Assembly (NCBI GenBank): GCA_039815185.1 | Contig: JBCBZT010000017.1 | Span: forward strand, 64,001 to 128,000 | Direction of reading: 5' to 3' | DNA: 64,000 nt | From: Cyanobacteria bacterium P01_A01_bin.123 | GTDB lineage: Bacteria > Cyanobacteriota > Cyanobacteriia > Phormidesmidales > Phormidesmidaceae | Shown: piece after piece, positions 29,706-39,699 of the stretch | Numbering within the stretch: position 1 is the stretch's first letter | Layout: each line of letters starts with the position of its first letter | Notes under the pieces: model-generated | The model's input: only the letters and a program-made list of their open reading frames with translations | Told to the model about the DNA's origin: nothing | Databases searched by the model: none | Translations under genes and position numbers: made by a program

Positions 29706-32700
29706 TTACCCCTCAGCGTCAACTTTGAATGTGCCAACCGATGATTGAAGCTCTTGAGCCACAGCTACAGTAGAGTGCAGGGCATCAGAGACATGCCGTG
29801 ATGAGTCAGAAGTCTGCTTGGAGGCTTCTGCAACCGTATGCATCAATTTGGAAACGGATGTAGACGTTTCTACCTGAGATACCGTTGCCGTTGAAATGGA
29901 TTGCACCAATTGATCAATTTGGCGAGAAACGTCCAGAATTTGACCCAGGCTGGCTTTAGTCTCTTCTACTGAGCGTGTTCCCTCGACCACTTGCGTCGTG
30001 CTCTGCTCCATGGCTTCGACTACCTCGGCGGTCTCTCGCTGAATGGCTTCGACGATTTTCTCAATTTCTTGAGTCGCGTTGGAAGAGCGGTTTGCCAGTT
30101 CGCCTACTTCTTCCGCGACTACGGCAAAGCCCTGACCTTCTTCCCCAGCGCGGGCTGCTTCAATTCCCGCGTTGATGGCCAGCAAGTTAGTTTGTACTGC
30201 GATTTGGTTAATCAGCGAGACAACCCTAGAGATTTGCTGAGAGGATTCGCCCAGACGTTTCACCTGCTTAGCAGTCGTCCCTACCGTCTCTCTTAGCGTT
30301 AGGATATTTTGTTCTGTCCGATTCATCGCCATACTGCCAGTTTCGGCTGTCAAGGCAGCAGTGCGCGTCACTTGGGCTGCTTGACGGGCGCTTTCAGCGA
30401 CTGACTCGATTGATTGGGTCATGGTTTCAACCGAGCTGAGCGCATCAGTGATGTTTTCAGCCTGGCTTAGGGCTTTGTCAGCCAGTTGACGAATCGCCGC
30501 CTCGTTGTCACCGACGGATAGGTTTACCTGTCGAGCGGAATCTTTTACCTGAGTTACGATTTGCCGCAAACTCTCGATAATAGAGTTAAAGAAGTCAGCT
30601 ACGGTGCCGATGTCGCCTGCGGTAACGTCGGCACGAACCGTCAAATCACCGCTGGATGCGCCTTCTATTTCACTGAGCAGATTGACAAGCTGCATCTGCA
30701 GAGCTTCTTTTTGCTGCTGTTGTTCGGATGCGATCGATTGCGCTTGGTCAGCCGCGGCTGCTCGCTGAATCAATAGATCACTGCGATCAAGGGCTGAGCT
30801 AACCTGGGTTGTTACCTGGGTAAAATACTCAATTTCTGAATCCTGCCAGTCGCGGGGGCCAGAACATTGGTGAGCAATCAACAACCCCATTAGCTGCTCG
30901 CCTCTATTGATTGGGGCGACCAGATTGGCTTTGACGGCAAAGGGCTCTAGCTGTCTGAGGTGGCACTCTGTTAGCCCTGCTTTGGAGATATCTGGGGTAG
31001 CTTGAACTCGCCCCTGTTGATACTTGTTGACGTAATCTTTTTCAAAACAGGGATCATGGATTTCGGCGTTAAGGGCACGGGGCCACTCACTGTCTACTGA
31101 TTCGTGGGTAACTGTCCCTTTCCAGGTTTCGTCGAAGCGATAAATGATTACTCGATCTGCGTCGATGTTTTGTCGAATTTTGGCTAAGGGCAGCTGGGCC
31201 AAAATGGCTTCCGGTGTTTCCGCTTGGGTGGCTTCCAGGGTAATGTTCTTTAGGGATTGAGCGTATTCGGTTGCGACTTCCCGCTGGACTAACAGGTCGC
31301 TGCGGTCGAGAGCTAAGCCAATCTGGGTTGCAATTTGGGCAAAGAAGTTGATTTCCTGCTTTTGCCAGTCGCGGGGGCCAGAGCATTGGTGGGCAATCAA
31401 CAGTCCTATTAACTGGTTGCCTTTCTTGATTGGGGTAACTAGGTTGGCTTTGACGGCAAAGGGTTCTAGCTGCCTGAGGTGACACTCTGTCAGGCCAGCA
31501 TTGTAGATATCGGGGGTGGCCTGTACCCGTCCCCGTTGGTATTTGGCAACATAGTCTTTTTCAAAGCAGGGGTCGTAGATTTCAGCACCGAGGGCACGGG
31601 GCCACTGGCTGGCCACAGCCTCGTGGGTAATGGTGCCTTTCCAAGTTTCGTCAAAACTATAAACTAGGATCCGATCTGCCTTGATCGTGTTGCGTACTTT
31701 CTCTAGGGGTAGCAGGTTTAGAACCTTCTCTGGGGTTTCAGCTTGGGTAATCTCAAAGGTGAAATCTTTGAGAAACTCTGCCCGTTCTGCTTCTGACTCT
31801 CGCCCTTGCAGGAAGGTTAACTGATCCAGCATGTTGCCGAGCTGGGCTGCCAATTGCCGCATAAAGGCGACTTCTGAGTCTTGCCAAGCGTGGACTTGAG
31901 CGCAGTGATGAGCAATGAGCAACCCAAAGAGCTGGCCTTCTCTCAAAATCGGCACCACTAGATTGGCCTTAATTTGCAGCCGCTCCATTAGCCTCAGGTG
32001 GTTGGGATGGAACCCGGCATTGAAGACATCGCTGGTGGGCACCACCCGATCTTTCTGATACGCCTTAATCAGGGCTGGGGGAATGCAGGGGTCTTCGATT
32101 TCGTCATTGAGGGCTTGAGGCCAGCCTGAGGCAACTGACTCATGGGAGATGTAGCCACTCCAGTCTGGGTTGAAGCGATAAATCACCATGCGATCGACCG
32201 CGAGTGCAGTGCGAGCATCCGTCAATGCCTTGTTGAAAACCAGGGCTAAGTCTTGTTGATTGCGAACCTGGGAACCGACAATTTCTGATAGCAGGCGGGC
32301 TTGATCGGCGGCATTGGTTTGGGCTTGCAAAAAGTCCTTGACTCGGATGACTAGGGCGTTAAAGGTAATGGCTAAGGTTTGGGCTTCGCGGGCACCACTG
32401 GGCACGGCGGCAACATCTAGATTGCCGGCGGCCACTTCTTTGGCGGTGCTTGACAGATACCGCAGCGGGCTGGAGATTTGGTTGGCGAGGCGCAAAATAA
32501 TCGCTACGGCTACGCCAGCAGCAGCAAGTATGGCCAAGACGAAAATCAGAACGAGTTGTCGACCAGCGGCCTCTAGTTCGCTGTTGTCAACGGAAGCGAT
32601 CGCCATCAGGCTAGTCCCCTCAATCATAGAGAGGTAATACTTACGCCCATTATTGACAAACGAAACAACAACGCCTGCATCGCCTTCATCCGTGGCAAAT

Positions 32701-33755
32701 TCGGTAGCTTCTAATTCAGTCACGGGTTGAGCCCGCAGCTCAGCTGTCAGACTGTTAATATCAACCTCGGCCCCATCTGACTCACCTGAGAATTTCTCGA
32801 ATAGGCTAGCCGCAACATCGCTAATCAGCGTTCCTCCCGTAATCTCTAGGGTATTTGTTGTCCCCTCTGCCGTAATCGTTTGTAAGACTTTGGCCGTAGT
32901 AGCATCAATGAGCTGCACTTGCTGAGAGTTAACCAGCCCTGAAAATTCCAGCAGTTCTGGAATATCCTGAAACCGTCCAGAATCCACTGAAGCAACAGCT
33001 TTAACCACGCCTAGAAACTCACCCGTCTCTGGATCTTGAATGGCTTGGCTAATCTCTAGTCCGTAAGTATTTGCCGACTCATCGAAGATGGGTTCAGAGA
33101 TTGCACGGGTGTTGCTTTGGGCCTGTCGCCACCAGTTTTCGTCACTTTGCACAAAGTCAGATGTAGGGTTGCTATAAGCAACATTGAGCCCACGGTTGTC
33201 GGTAAAAAATAACTCACTTAACTCAGCGGTTTCAGCGGTTCTCGCCAGATAATCATTGAGCGTTTGGCTAGGCTGTATCAGCTTTGTTTCTGCAAAGCGT
33301 TGCTCAACATCTTCGATTGGCAAGTCACTCAGCCCGATGAATTGCTGCCCTGCCGACCTAGCCGCGTCGATCACCAATGGACTCTCGGCCACGACCTCTG
33401 GAATGGTAGCCAACTGGTCGAGGTAGTCGCGGGTTAGCTCACCTGCTAGTAGCGCTTTGCTACGCATTTGATCTGAACCTTCTTCTTCGAAGCGCTCATG
33501 AATCACCCGTTCTCCAGCAAAGCCTGCAATTGCCAGGGGAATCAAAACCGCTGGCAAAACCCCCCGCAACAGCAGAAACCGCAGGCTTTTAGCATTTCCA
33601 GGTGGACTGGAGGCTAACTGCCAAGATGTATCGGCAGGTGAGCTCTGATCGGCAGCCCTGCCACCAATGGGCAATGCCTGCGCGCCCTGGCCGTTTGTCT
33701 CTGCATTGGAATTTTGGGAACTGATGGTATTGAGGGAGCTAGGGCGATTAGTCAT
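29706..33755 (-). CDS. pixJ: Methyl-accepting photoreceptor: TM-Cache-TM-HAMP-3xGAF-MCP (PixJ type)
   Basis: Three CBCR-type GAFs (DPCIP, DPCF, DPCF); MCP hairpin [30 protein letters not shown]. Confidence 0.85.
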   Translation of the reverse strand: MTNRPSSLNTISSQNSNAETNGQGAQALPIGGRAADQSSPADTSWQLASSPPGNAKSLRFLLLRGVLPAVLIPLAIAGFAGERVIHERFEEEGSDQMRSKALLAGELTRDYLDQLATIPEVVAESPLVIDAARSAGQQFIGLSDLPIEDVEQRFAETKLIQPSQTLNDYLARTAETAELSELFFTDNRGLNVAYSNPTSDFVQSDENWWRQAQSNTRAISEPIFDESANTYGLEISQAIQDPETGEFLGVVKAVASVDSGRFQDIPELLEFSGLVNSQQVQLIDATTAKVLQTITAEGTTNTLEITGGTLISDVAASLFEKFSGESDGAEVDINSLTAELRAQPVTELEATEFATDEGDAGVVVSFVNNGRKYYLSMIEGTSLMAIASVDNSELEAAGRQLVLIFVLAILAAAGVAVAIILRLANQISSPLRYLSSTAKEVAAGNLDVAAVPSGAREAQTLAITFNALVIRVKDFLQAQTNAADQARLLSEIVGSQVRNQQDLALVFNKALTDARTALAVDRMVIYRFNPDWSGYISHESVASGWPQALNDEIEDPCIPPALIKAYQKDRVVPTSDVFNAGFHPNHLRLMERLQIKANLVVPILREGQLFGLLIAHHCAQVHAWQDSEVAFMRQLAAQLGNMLDQLTFLQGRESEAERAEFLKDFTFEITQAETPEKVLNLLPLEKVRNTIKADRILVYSFDETWKGTITHEAVASQWPRALGAEIYDPCFEKDYVAKYQRGRVQATPDIYNAGLTECHLRQLEPFAVKANLVTPIKKGNQLIGLLIAHQCSGPRDWQKQEINFFAQIATQIGLALDRSDLLVQREVATEYAQSLKNITLEATQAETPEAILAQLPLAKIRQNIDADRVIIYRFDETWKGTVTHESVDSEWPRALNAEIHDPCFEKDYVNKYQQGRVQATPDISKAGLTECHLRQLEPFAVKANLVAPINRGEQLMGLLIAHQCSGPRDWQDSEIEYFTQVTTQVSSALDRSDLLIQRAAAADQAQSIASEQQQQKEALQMQLVNLLSEIEGASSGDLTVRADVTAGDIGTVADFFNSIIESLRQIVTQVKDSARQVNLSVGDNEAAIRQLADKALSQAENITDALSSVETMTQSIESVAESARQAAQVTRTAALTAETGSMAMNRTEQNILTLRETVGTTAKQVKRLGESSQQISRVVSLINQIAVQTNLLAINAGIEAARAGEEGQGFAVVAEEVGELANRSSNATQEIEKIVEAIQRETAEVVEAMEQSTTQVVEGTRSVEETKASLGQILDVSRQIDQLVQSISTATVSQVETSTSVSKLMHTVAEASKQTSDSSRHVSDALHSTVAVAQELQSSVGTFKVDAEG

Positions 33756-33981
33756 GTCGATAAAATCCTTGACATTAGGAAACTCAAAAAGGGGTGGGCA
33801 ATGGTGGAGATGCAGGAGCTAATAATCAAAGCTAGACCGATGTCTGCCCGCCTCAAGGCTGATTTGAGCCTTAAAACCTCAGCTTGGCAAAACGCAGCTG
33901 TCTCCTACTTATGGGGCAGATTCTCAGCGCAGGCTGCGGCGCTAGAGCCTTAGAACCGATGTCATGTTTTAGACTTCAAAC

Positions 33982-34491
33982 CTATACCCAATCGTCGGGA
34001 TTTTTGAGTAAGGGGGCTTGGCTGACGGCGGTGGCGTCGAGCACCAGCAAAATACCGTCCTCTTGCCAAATACATCCCTGTAGATAGGGTATTAATCCAG
34101 TCGTGGCCTGGCCTAGCGGTGATTGAATGTTGTCTCGGTTAAACCAAACCATGCCGTTGATTTGCTGGACGGCTAGGCCAAGGCTGAGCTTACCCACGCG
34201 AATCACGACCAAATTATATTGTCGCGAGGTTGTATCTAGCCGATTAAGCTCCAGCAGACAAGCTAAATCGACGACCCAAATGATGCGGCTGCGGTGATTC
34301 ATCAGCCCTAACATGCACTCAGGCATGTTGGGCATCGGGGTGAGCCGTTGCAGCGGGAGGGTCATCACCTCTTGAATCTGATGCATTGAAAAAACAGCAG
34401 GTGCTTTAGGCCCCAAGAGGAATTGCAGATGGGGCTCGCCCCCGGTTTTCTTGGGGCGTTTGGTTAGCGGAACAATCGCGGTGGTATTCAT
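33982..34491 (-). CDS. pixI: CheW-like adaptor
   Basis: LTPMPNMPECMLGLMNHRSRIIWVVDL; position in operon. Confidence 0.85.
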   Translation of the reverse strand: MNTTAIVPLTKRPKKTGGEPHLQFLLGPKAPAVFSMHQIQEVMTLPLQRLTPMPNMPECMLGLMNHRSRIIWVVDLACLLELNRLDTTSRQYNLVVIRVGKLSLGLAVQQINGMVWFNRDNIQSPLGQATTGLIPYLQGCIWQEDGILLVLDATAVSQAPLLKNPDDWV

Positions 34492-34495
34492 TCAA

Positions 34496-34873
34496 CTAGA
34501 GAGTAACTGACTTGACGGCCCGAAGAAGCTGATCTTGAGTAAAAGGTTTTGTGATGTAGGCATCGGCACCCTGTTTCATACCCCAAAGCCGATCGATTTC
34601 CTGATCTTTCGAAGAACAAATTACGACTGGAATGTTGGCTGTCTCAGAATTCTTTTTGAGGCTGCGACAGAGCTCGAAGCCGCTCATGCCGGGCATGACG
34701 ACATCTGTAACGATGACAAAGGGCTTGAGCGTTACGGCTTTATCGATTGCTTCTTTCGCAGACGCTGCACCGATAACGTTGTAGCCACTGTCACGTAAAT
34801 AGTGGGACATTAACTCCATTTCAGAGGGCGTATCTTCGACGATCAAAATAGGCTGGGTTAGGGTAATACTCAT
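34496..34873 (-). CDS. pixH: CheY-like response regulator
   Basis: IVED, TDVVMPGMSGFELCR, WGMKQGADAYITKPF. Confidence 0.88.
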   Translation of the reverse strand: MSITLTQPILIVEDTPSEMELMSHYLRDSGYNVIGAASAKEAIDKAVTLKPFVIVTDVVMPGMSGFELCRSLKKNSETANIPVVICSSKDQEIDRLWGMKQGADAYITKPFTQDQLLRAVKSVTL

Positions 34874-35038
34874 CCTTGAAATTCCTAGAAGTGGGAGAAA
34901 GACGTTGCATACTTTGGTTTAAATAGCCGAGCAATATAAGCTCAAAATTGAATGAAAGTATCTGGATTTAAACCACGTCCGATTTGAAAACTAGAGTTTT
35001 AGGCTAGGGGAAACTGCAGATCTGAATAAGGCTAAGAC

Positions 35039-36127
35039 TTACTTCAAATGCTTGAATATAATTTTGAGTAAGTCGGGCTGGCCGAAAGGTTTTGTGAGAT
35101 ACCCAGAAGCACCTACCAGCTTTGCTTTAGCTCGATCGATCAGCCCCGTGTTACCCGTTACCATGATGATGGGAGTGTGCTTAAACAAAGTATGTCGTCT
35201 CAAGAGTGAGCAAAGCTCATAGCCATCTAGGTTAGGCATTGTGACATCTAACAAGATGATGTCAGGTTTATTGCGGATGATTTTCATCAGCGCACTGACT
35301 GGATTATCGATTCTCAAAACTTTGAATGCCGTATCGTCTAGAAACGCATCAATTGCATTTAAGACAGTCGGGCTATCGTCAATGCAGGCTACGGTATAGG
35401 TCTTTTTCGCAGACGAAGTGGGCGATCGCAAGCCTTGCTCGGGAGAAGCTACTGGACTGGTGCTTGCAGATCGAGAAACAGAATTAGGCGCATTGGTTGG
35501 TCCTGGGGGAGATGTCCTGCGGAGCGGGACAAACGGTGCAGTGCTGTTAGCCCTAATAGAAGGGGACTGCTGCTTGAGTCGCTGCACTTGACAAGCCTCG
35601 ACCAGAGGACGCAAATCTAGGCAACAAAATTGAGGCAACTGGGCCAGATGACTGTCCGGGAGTAGGTCATAGTGGCCCAGTTGCAATGGCAATACGGTTT
35701 CTAAAACTTCTTTTGCTAGCGCCTCAATCAATTCAGCGGCTTGGGAAGGTGTGAGATATTTTTGCTCGACTAACCAGCAAATGGCTTCATAGTCCCAGCA
35801 GCGGTTTGTATCTGCGTCGACGGGCTTTTCAAAAAGCAGTCTGACCTGCACTCTTACTGGGCTTGCTAAGCTAGGGACTTGGGCATTAAGGCGACGAAGA
35901 TGGCGATCGAGCCTGCCAAACGGGTTTAAAAAATTAGAGGCATAAACGAGCTTACCCTTCTCTAGATAGAGCATCCAAACATTGGAGCCATCAGCAATTC
36001 GTAGACACCCGCTCGCTTGGCGACTGGCGGTCTGCGCCAAAATGCTGAGCAGGTGTAATTCTTGGGGAGAGCGATAAGAGTAGCTATTCATAGCAAGGAA
36101 ACTTGTTCTTGTGCGCATTTCAGTCAA
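35039..36127 (-). CDS. pixG: PatA-type response regulator (PATAN + REC)
   Basis: N-terminal SGCLRI..W.LYLEKGKLVYA; C-terminal CIDDS..LLDVTMP..GYELC; first gene of the operon; true start may be 36118 or 36091. Confidence 0.85.
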   Translation of the reverse strand: MTEMRTRTSFLAMNSYSYRSPQELHLLSILAQTASRQASGCLRIADGSNVWMLYLEKGKLVYASNFLNPFGRLDRHLRRLNAQVPSLASPVRVQVRLLFEKPVDADTNRCWDYEAICWLVEQKYLTPSQAAELIEALAKEVLETVLPLQLGHYDLLPDSHLAQLPQFCCLDLRPLVEACQVQRLKQQSPSIRANSTAPFVPLRRTSPPGPTNAPNSVSRSASTSPVASPEQGLRSPTSSAKKTYTVACIDDSPTVLNAIDAFLDDTAFKVLRIDNPVSALMKIIRNKPDIILLDVTMPNLDGYELCSLLRRHTLFKHTPIIMVTGNTGLIDRAKAKLVGASGYLTKPFGQPDLLKIIFKHLK

Positions 36128-37808
36128 TCTGTTTTAAAGACGTAGAAAGCGGTTGGTCAGGTCTCAAGCTGTCAATTTAACTAAAGCGACATGAAGTCAG
36201 TCACTCGGGCTTAATCTGCCGATTTAGCTAAGGCAGCCTGTTGATCTCACGGATGTCCGTAGAGTCCTTCGTCATTAGCTCAACGGATTAATTCAGTGAT
36301 TCTTGAGATTATTTCTGGCCCTTAACTACTGGTATATCAACCCGTGTTAAAGGCGGCAGTATTCTAGGGGTAGTTGGAGATAAATAGGCTGACTTTGCAG
36401 GAGATTCAACTAGGCTTTCCGGTGACAATTTCAGGAGACTTATTCAGAAATCGAAACTTCAATAGTTGTAGAATCTGGTAGATTGAGCAGTCCTGTTTGT
36501 GAAAGCGCGTGACGATCTGCTTATGATTAACCACAAAAAGTTAACCTTTAATTCTTCTAGCTGGTGGGGGTAACCAGTTCAATTCCGTAAACTCGATACG
36601 GTCATTTAGAGCATACTCCTTTGATACTCGTACAATTCCGGATAAGCGTCAATTTAGAGCGTGGAAGTTTACTCTTTCTTGATTAATTCATACTTAATCT
36701 CACATTGGGCAACATCAATACTTATTATTCTGCTCAGATACGTTACTTGTAAGGACTGATAAAATAGATGAGTTCTGCGAGGTGCACAAGTAATTTATTC
36801 TGTCAATCAGAAAATTGACTAATTCGAGATATCTTAGTTAAAAAAACACAAAAAGTCTCTTTGTAATGCGCATCTTTAGAGCATCGATTGCTACTTAAGG
36901 AGCTGCTTATCCACGGGATAATGTTGTCGCATGCAACGTCAGACCTTTGAACTATAGCGCTGGCCAGATTGCTTAATTCACCTAGTATCGCTGGGATGCT
37001 CAACACACAAGCAATCTGGCTCGCTTTAGCGCACAAAGCTTTGTGGCTAAGGCTATAAGGGTAGATGTAGGTAGTATTTTTGACCTTCGAGTGATTGCTT
37101 AGGATGAAGCCATGAGTTTTGGAGTCAGGGCTGATGCTGGATTGTTCTTCATAGCGGTAAAAATATTTCCCGTCTTAGGGTTAAATCTTGCTTATTTAAA
37201 ATATATTCTGGCCGATTATCCTCATTCAGTAAGAAAAATGAGAAATTATAAAAACTAAGCGATTCTGCGTAATTTTATATTGACTGTGCTTAAAGTTACC
37301 CATAGAACTTGCCTGGTCGAACCCTGATGGGATAGGTTCATAAGACGAAAGCGTTCAAAACTTTGCCTTAACTTGGGATGGGGTAAATTCCTGGGTTTGA
37401 GGTCGGTGCATCTCTGGTCATTCTTCTAACTCAATATCCGAATACTCAGTCCTGCAGTTTTTGAAAAGGTTGCTTGTTGATGCAATGTTTGGGCTGTTGA
37501 ATCGATTTGTAATTTCTATGCGACTGAAAAGATTTATCGCTTCAGCGTAAATGATAAGCGGATTCCGGTTCCTGGTCGTTGACTTTTATGTGGTTTCCGA
37601 TGTAAGTCAATGGGCTCGCCAGTGCAGATCTCGCAGCTTGAGGTGTGGGTTTGATCTGGCGTGGTGTTTGGGCGGGTAGGCGATATCTACTTATTGAAAG
37701 TATGTCGAGTGGTGGGTGTGTAGGTGTTGCAGGGGTTAGTTCCCCTTGTAGCCCAGCTATTGCCCATGGAGGCTGCTGAGAAGTTTTGACGACATCGTTG
37801 AGTCTAAG

Positions 37809-37869
37809 CCGCATTTAATCTAGACCCGCATCTAATCTAGACCCGCATCTAATCTAGACCCGCATTTAA
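37809..37869. repeat. 17-bp tandem repeat, about 3.6 copies
   Basis: CCGCAT(T/C)TAATCTAGAC at 37809, 37826 and 37843, partial at 37860. Confidence 0.9.
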
Positions 37870-38020
37870 GTTGATCCCTTGAGTAGGAGCGCCAGTCCTG
37901 ACACCCCTGCAACGGAAACGATGGGTCTGGATGTGACCAAAGCTTAATTTTTAATTTTTGCTCGAGTTGATCTCAGCGGTCGTGATGACGGCGGCTGAGA
38001 TAGCTGACGACGATTTTCTT

Positions 38021-38068
38021 AGAACTGCGCTTCCTGATTGATTAAGAACTGCGCTCCCTGATTGATTA
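38021..38068 (+). repeat. 24-bp tandem duplication abutting the porin start codon
   Basis: AGAACTGCGCT(T/C)CCTGATTGATTA twice; the last A is the A of ATG 38068. Confidence 0.9.
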
Positions 38069-39684
38069 TGAGAAATTTGTGCCCGCATTCCCCAAGTCAT
38101 CCCAATTATCCAAGCGATCGCGCTGGGGCTAATCGCCTGATACAGCTAGTTTGGCTAAGTTTTGGGCTGACGTTAGGATTTTATCCCTTCAATAGAGCGG
38201 CCCTGGCGGCTATTGTCGAGTCCGACCCAAACCTTTCTGAGTTCGCGATCGCATCTGTAGACGCTCAATCGTCAATTGACACAACGCTTGTTGCCGTAGA
38301 CCAGCAGCCCACTGAACCTACCAAGGCAGAACCGACGGCTGTCCTAGAGCGCATTGCTCAAACACCAGATCTACTAGCCGAGGAGGTTGAGGCGAATCCG
38401 GTTGCGGCTGCGCCGTTAACTGAATCGGCTGAGATCGAGCCCACCGTTGACTCGGATGAGCCGATTACCCAAACTTCAGAAACGTTACCCGCAGCCGGTA
38501 ATACGGTTTTGGATGATGGGGTTTTGGGTGATGAGGCTTTGGGTGACGCGGTTTTGGATGACGCGATCCCAGCGGGCACTGTCGTGTCGTCAACTGAATC
38601 GATGGAAACGGCACTGCCGGTAGCTGGCGGTGAACGCGTTGCCCAAATGTCAGAGATGTCAACAGACGCGGCTGATTTGAATCTCGTTGATGGCAACGCC
38701 GCACCGCCCTCTGAACCCACTGAGCCGTTGCTGGACTATCAGCCGTTGCTGGAATTTCAGGCGGTCACAATTCTGCAAAATAATGACTTTTCCGGGCGGC
38801 TGAGAGCCACTGGAATCTATGCCATTAATGAGCAAGTGCTGTTTGGGGCGACAGTGGACTTGACTACCGGAGAGGCGTTTGTTGATTCCCGCGAAACAGG
38901 TTTAAGCCTAAATGAGCTCTATGTTGCCGCTGCGCCGATTCGAGACTTGCCCAACCTGAGGATGGTGGCGGGTCTGATGGATTTAACCTCTTATTTTGAT
39001 CGCAACAGCTTTGCTAAAGACGGGGCCACCCACTTCTTTAATCCCGTGTTTCAGACTAACCCGGCCTTGAGTGCAACGGGCATCACTTCCCGTCCAGGAC
39101 TGCTGGTGAACTGGGGCGCTACGGATTACCTAGAGCTCAAAGCGGCGGCGTTCTCCTCTAGTCGGGGGTTAGGTGATTTTGCCATTGATGGCTTTGCGGG
39201 CGAGGTGGGCTTTCGAGTTGAGAATTTGATTGTGCGCGGCACCTACGCAACCGCTCGCGATGCCGGCGAAGATGATGGATTTCGAGAAATCTTTCAGCTG
39301 CAGCGCAGTGACGGCAGCTTTGGCCTATTAGACGGTGACCGGGAAGTTGCCTACGGCATCAATGCGGAATATTTCATTGATGCTCTCAATATTGGCGTGT
39401 TTGGGCGCTACGGCTGGTATGACAACCAGGATTTGGATCGCGGCGGCAGCACCTTTAGCTTAGGCATGAATGCCCTGGACGTGTTTACTGACGGCGATCG
39501 CTTGGGATTGGCTTACGGCCAGGAGCTCTCGAATCGTGACTTGCGCACGGGGGCAACGCCGGATGTGTGGGAGCTGCTTTACGACGCACCGATTTTCAGC
39601 TGGATGCGGGCAGGCGTGAGCCTGCAAAGTCGAAATCAGCTGTCTGACACATTTATCGGGTTACGTCTCCGCGCGGATTGGTAA
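38068..39684 (+). CDS. Outer-membrane beta-barrel, carbohydrate-selective porin (OprB-like)
   Basis: Signal peptide; acidic low-complexity N-region; LNELY, GLMDLTSYFDRNSFA, FFNPVF, GVFGRYG, DRLGLAYG; ends in LRLRADW (terminal aromatic beta strand). Confidence 0.75.
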   Translation: MRNLCPHSPSHPNYPSDRAGANRLIQLVWLSFGLTLGFYPFNRAALAAIVESDPNLSEFAIASVDAQSSIDTTLVAVDQQPTEPTKAEPTAVLERIAQTPDLLAEEVEANPVAAAPLTESAEIEPTVDSDEPITQTSETLPAAGNTVLDDGVLGDEALGDAVLDDAIPAGTVVSSTESMETALPVAGGERVAQMSEMSTDAADLNLVDGNAAPPSEPTEPLLDYQPLLEFQAVTILQNNDFSGRLRATGIYAINEQVLFGATVDLTTGEAFVDSRETGLSLNELYVAAAPIRDLPNLRMVAGLMDLTSYFDRNSFAKDGATHFFNPVFQTNPALSATGITSRPGLLVNWGATDYLELKAAAFSSSRGLGDFAIDGFAGEVGFRVENLIVRGTYATARDAGEDDGFREIFQLQRSDGSFGLLDGDREVAYGINAEYFIDALNIGVFGRYGWYDNQDLDRGGSTFSLGMNALDVFTDGDRLGLAYGQELSNRDLRTGATPDVWELLYDAPIFSWMRAGVSLQSRNQLSDTFIGLRLRADW

Positions 39685-39699
39685 ACAAGGACTTAAGTA

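Noticed and set aside
36803..37814. Short ORFs (77 aa and 90 aa, minus strand) in the large intergenic region
   Set aside because: No recognisable motifs or RBS; cannot be supported as genes without expression or homology data
37809..37869. Possible CRISPR array
   Set aside because: Units are 17 bp, directly adjacent, with no unique spacers and no cas genes; a simple tandem repeat
37870..38020. c-di-GMP riboswitch upstream of the bcs operon
   Set aside because: A GGAAAC-containing segment is present, but I could not find the GEMM-I or class II consensus elements
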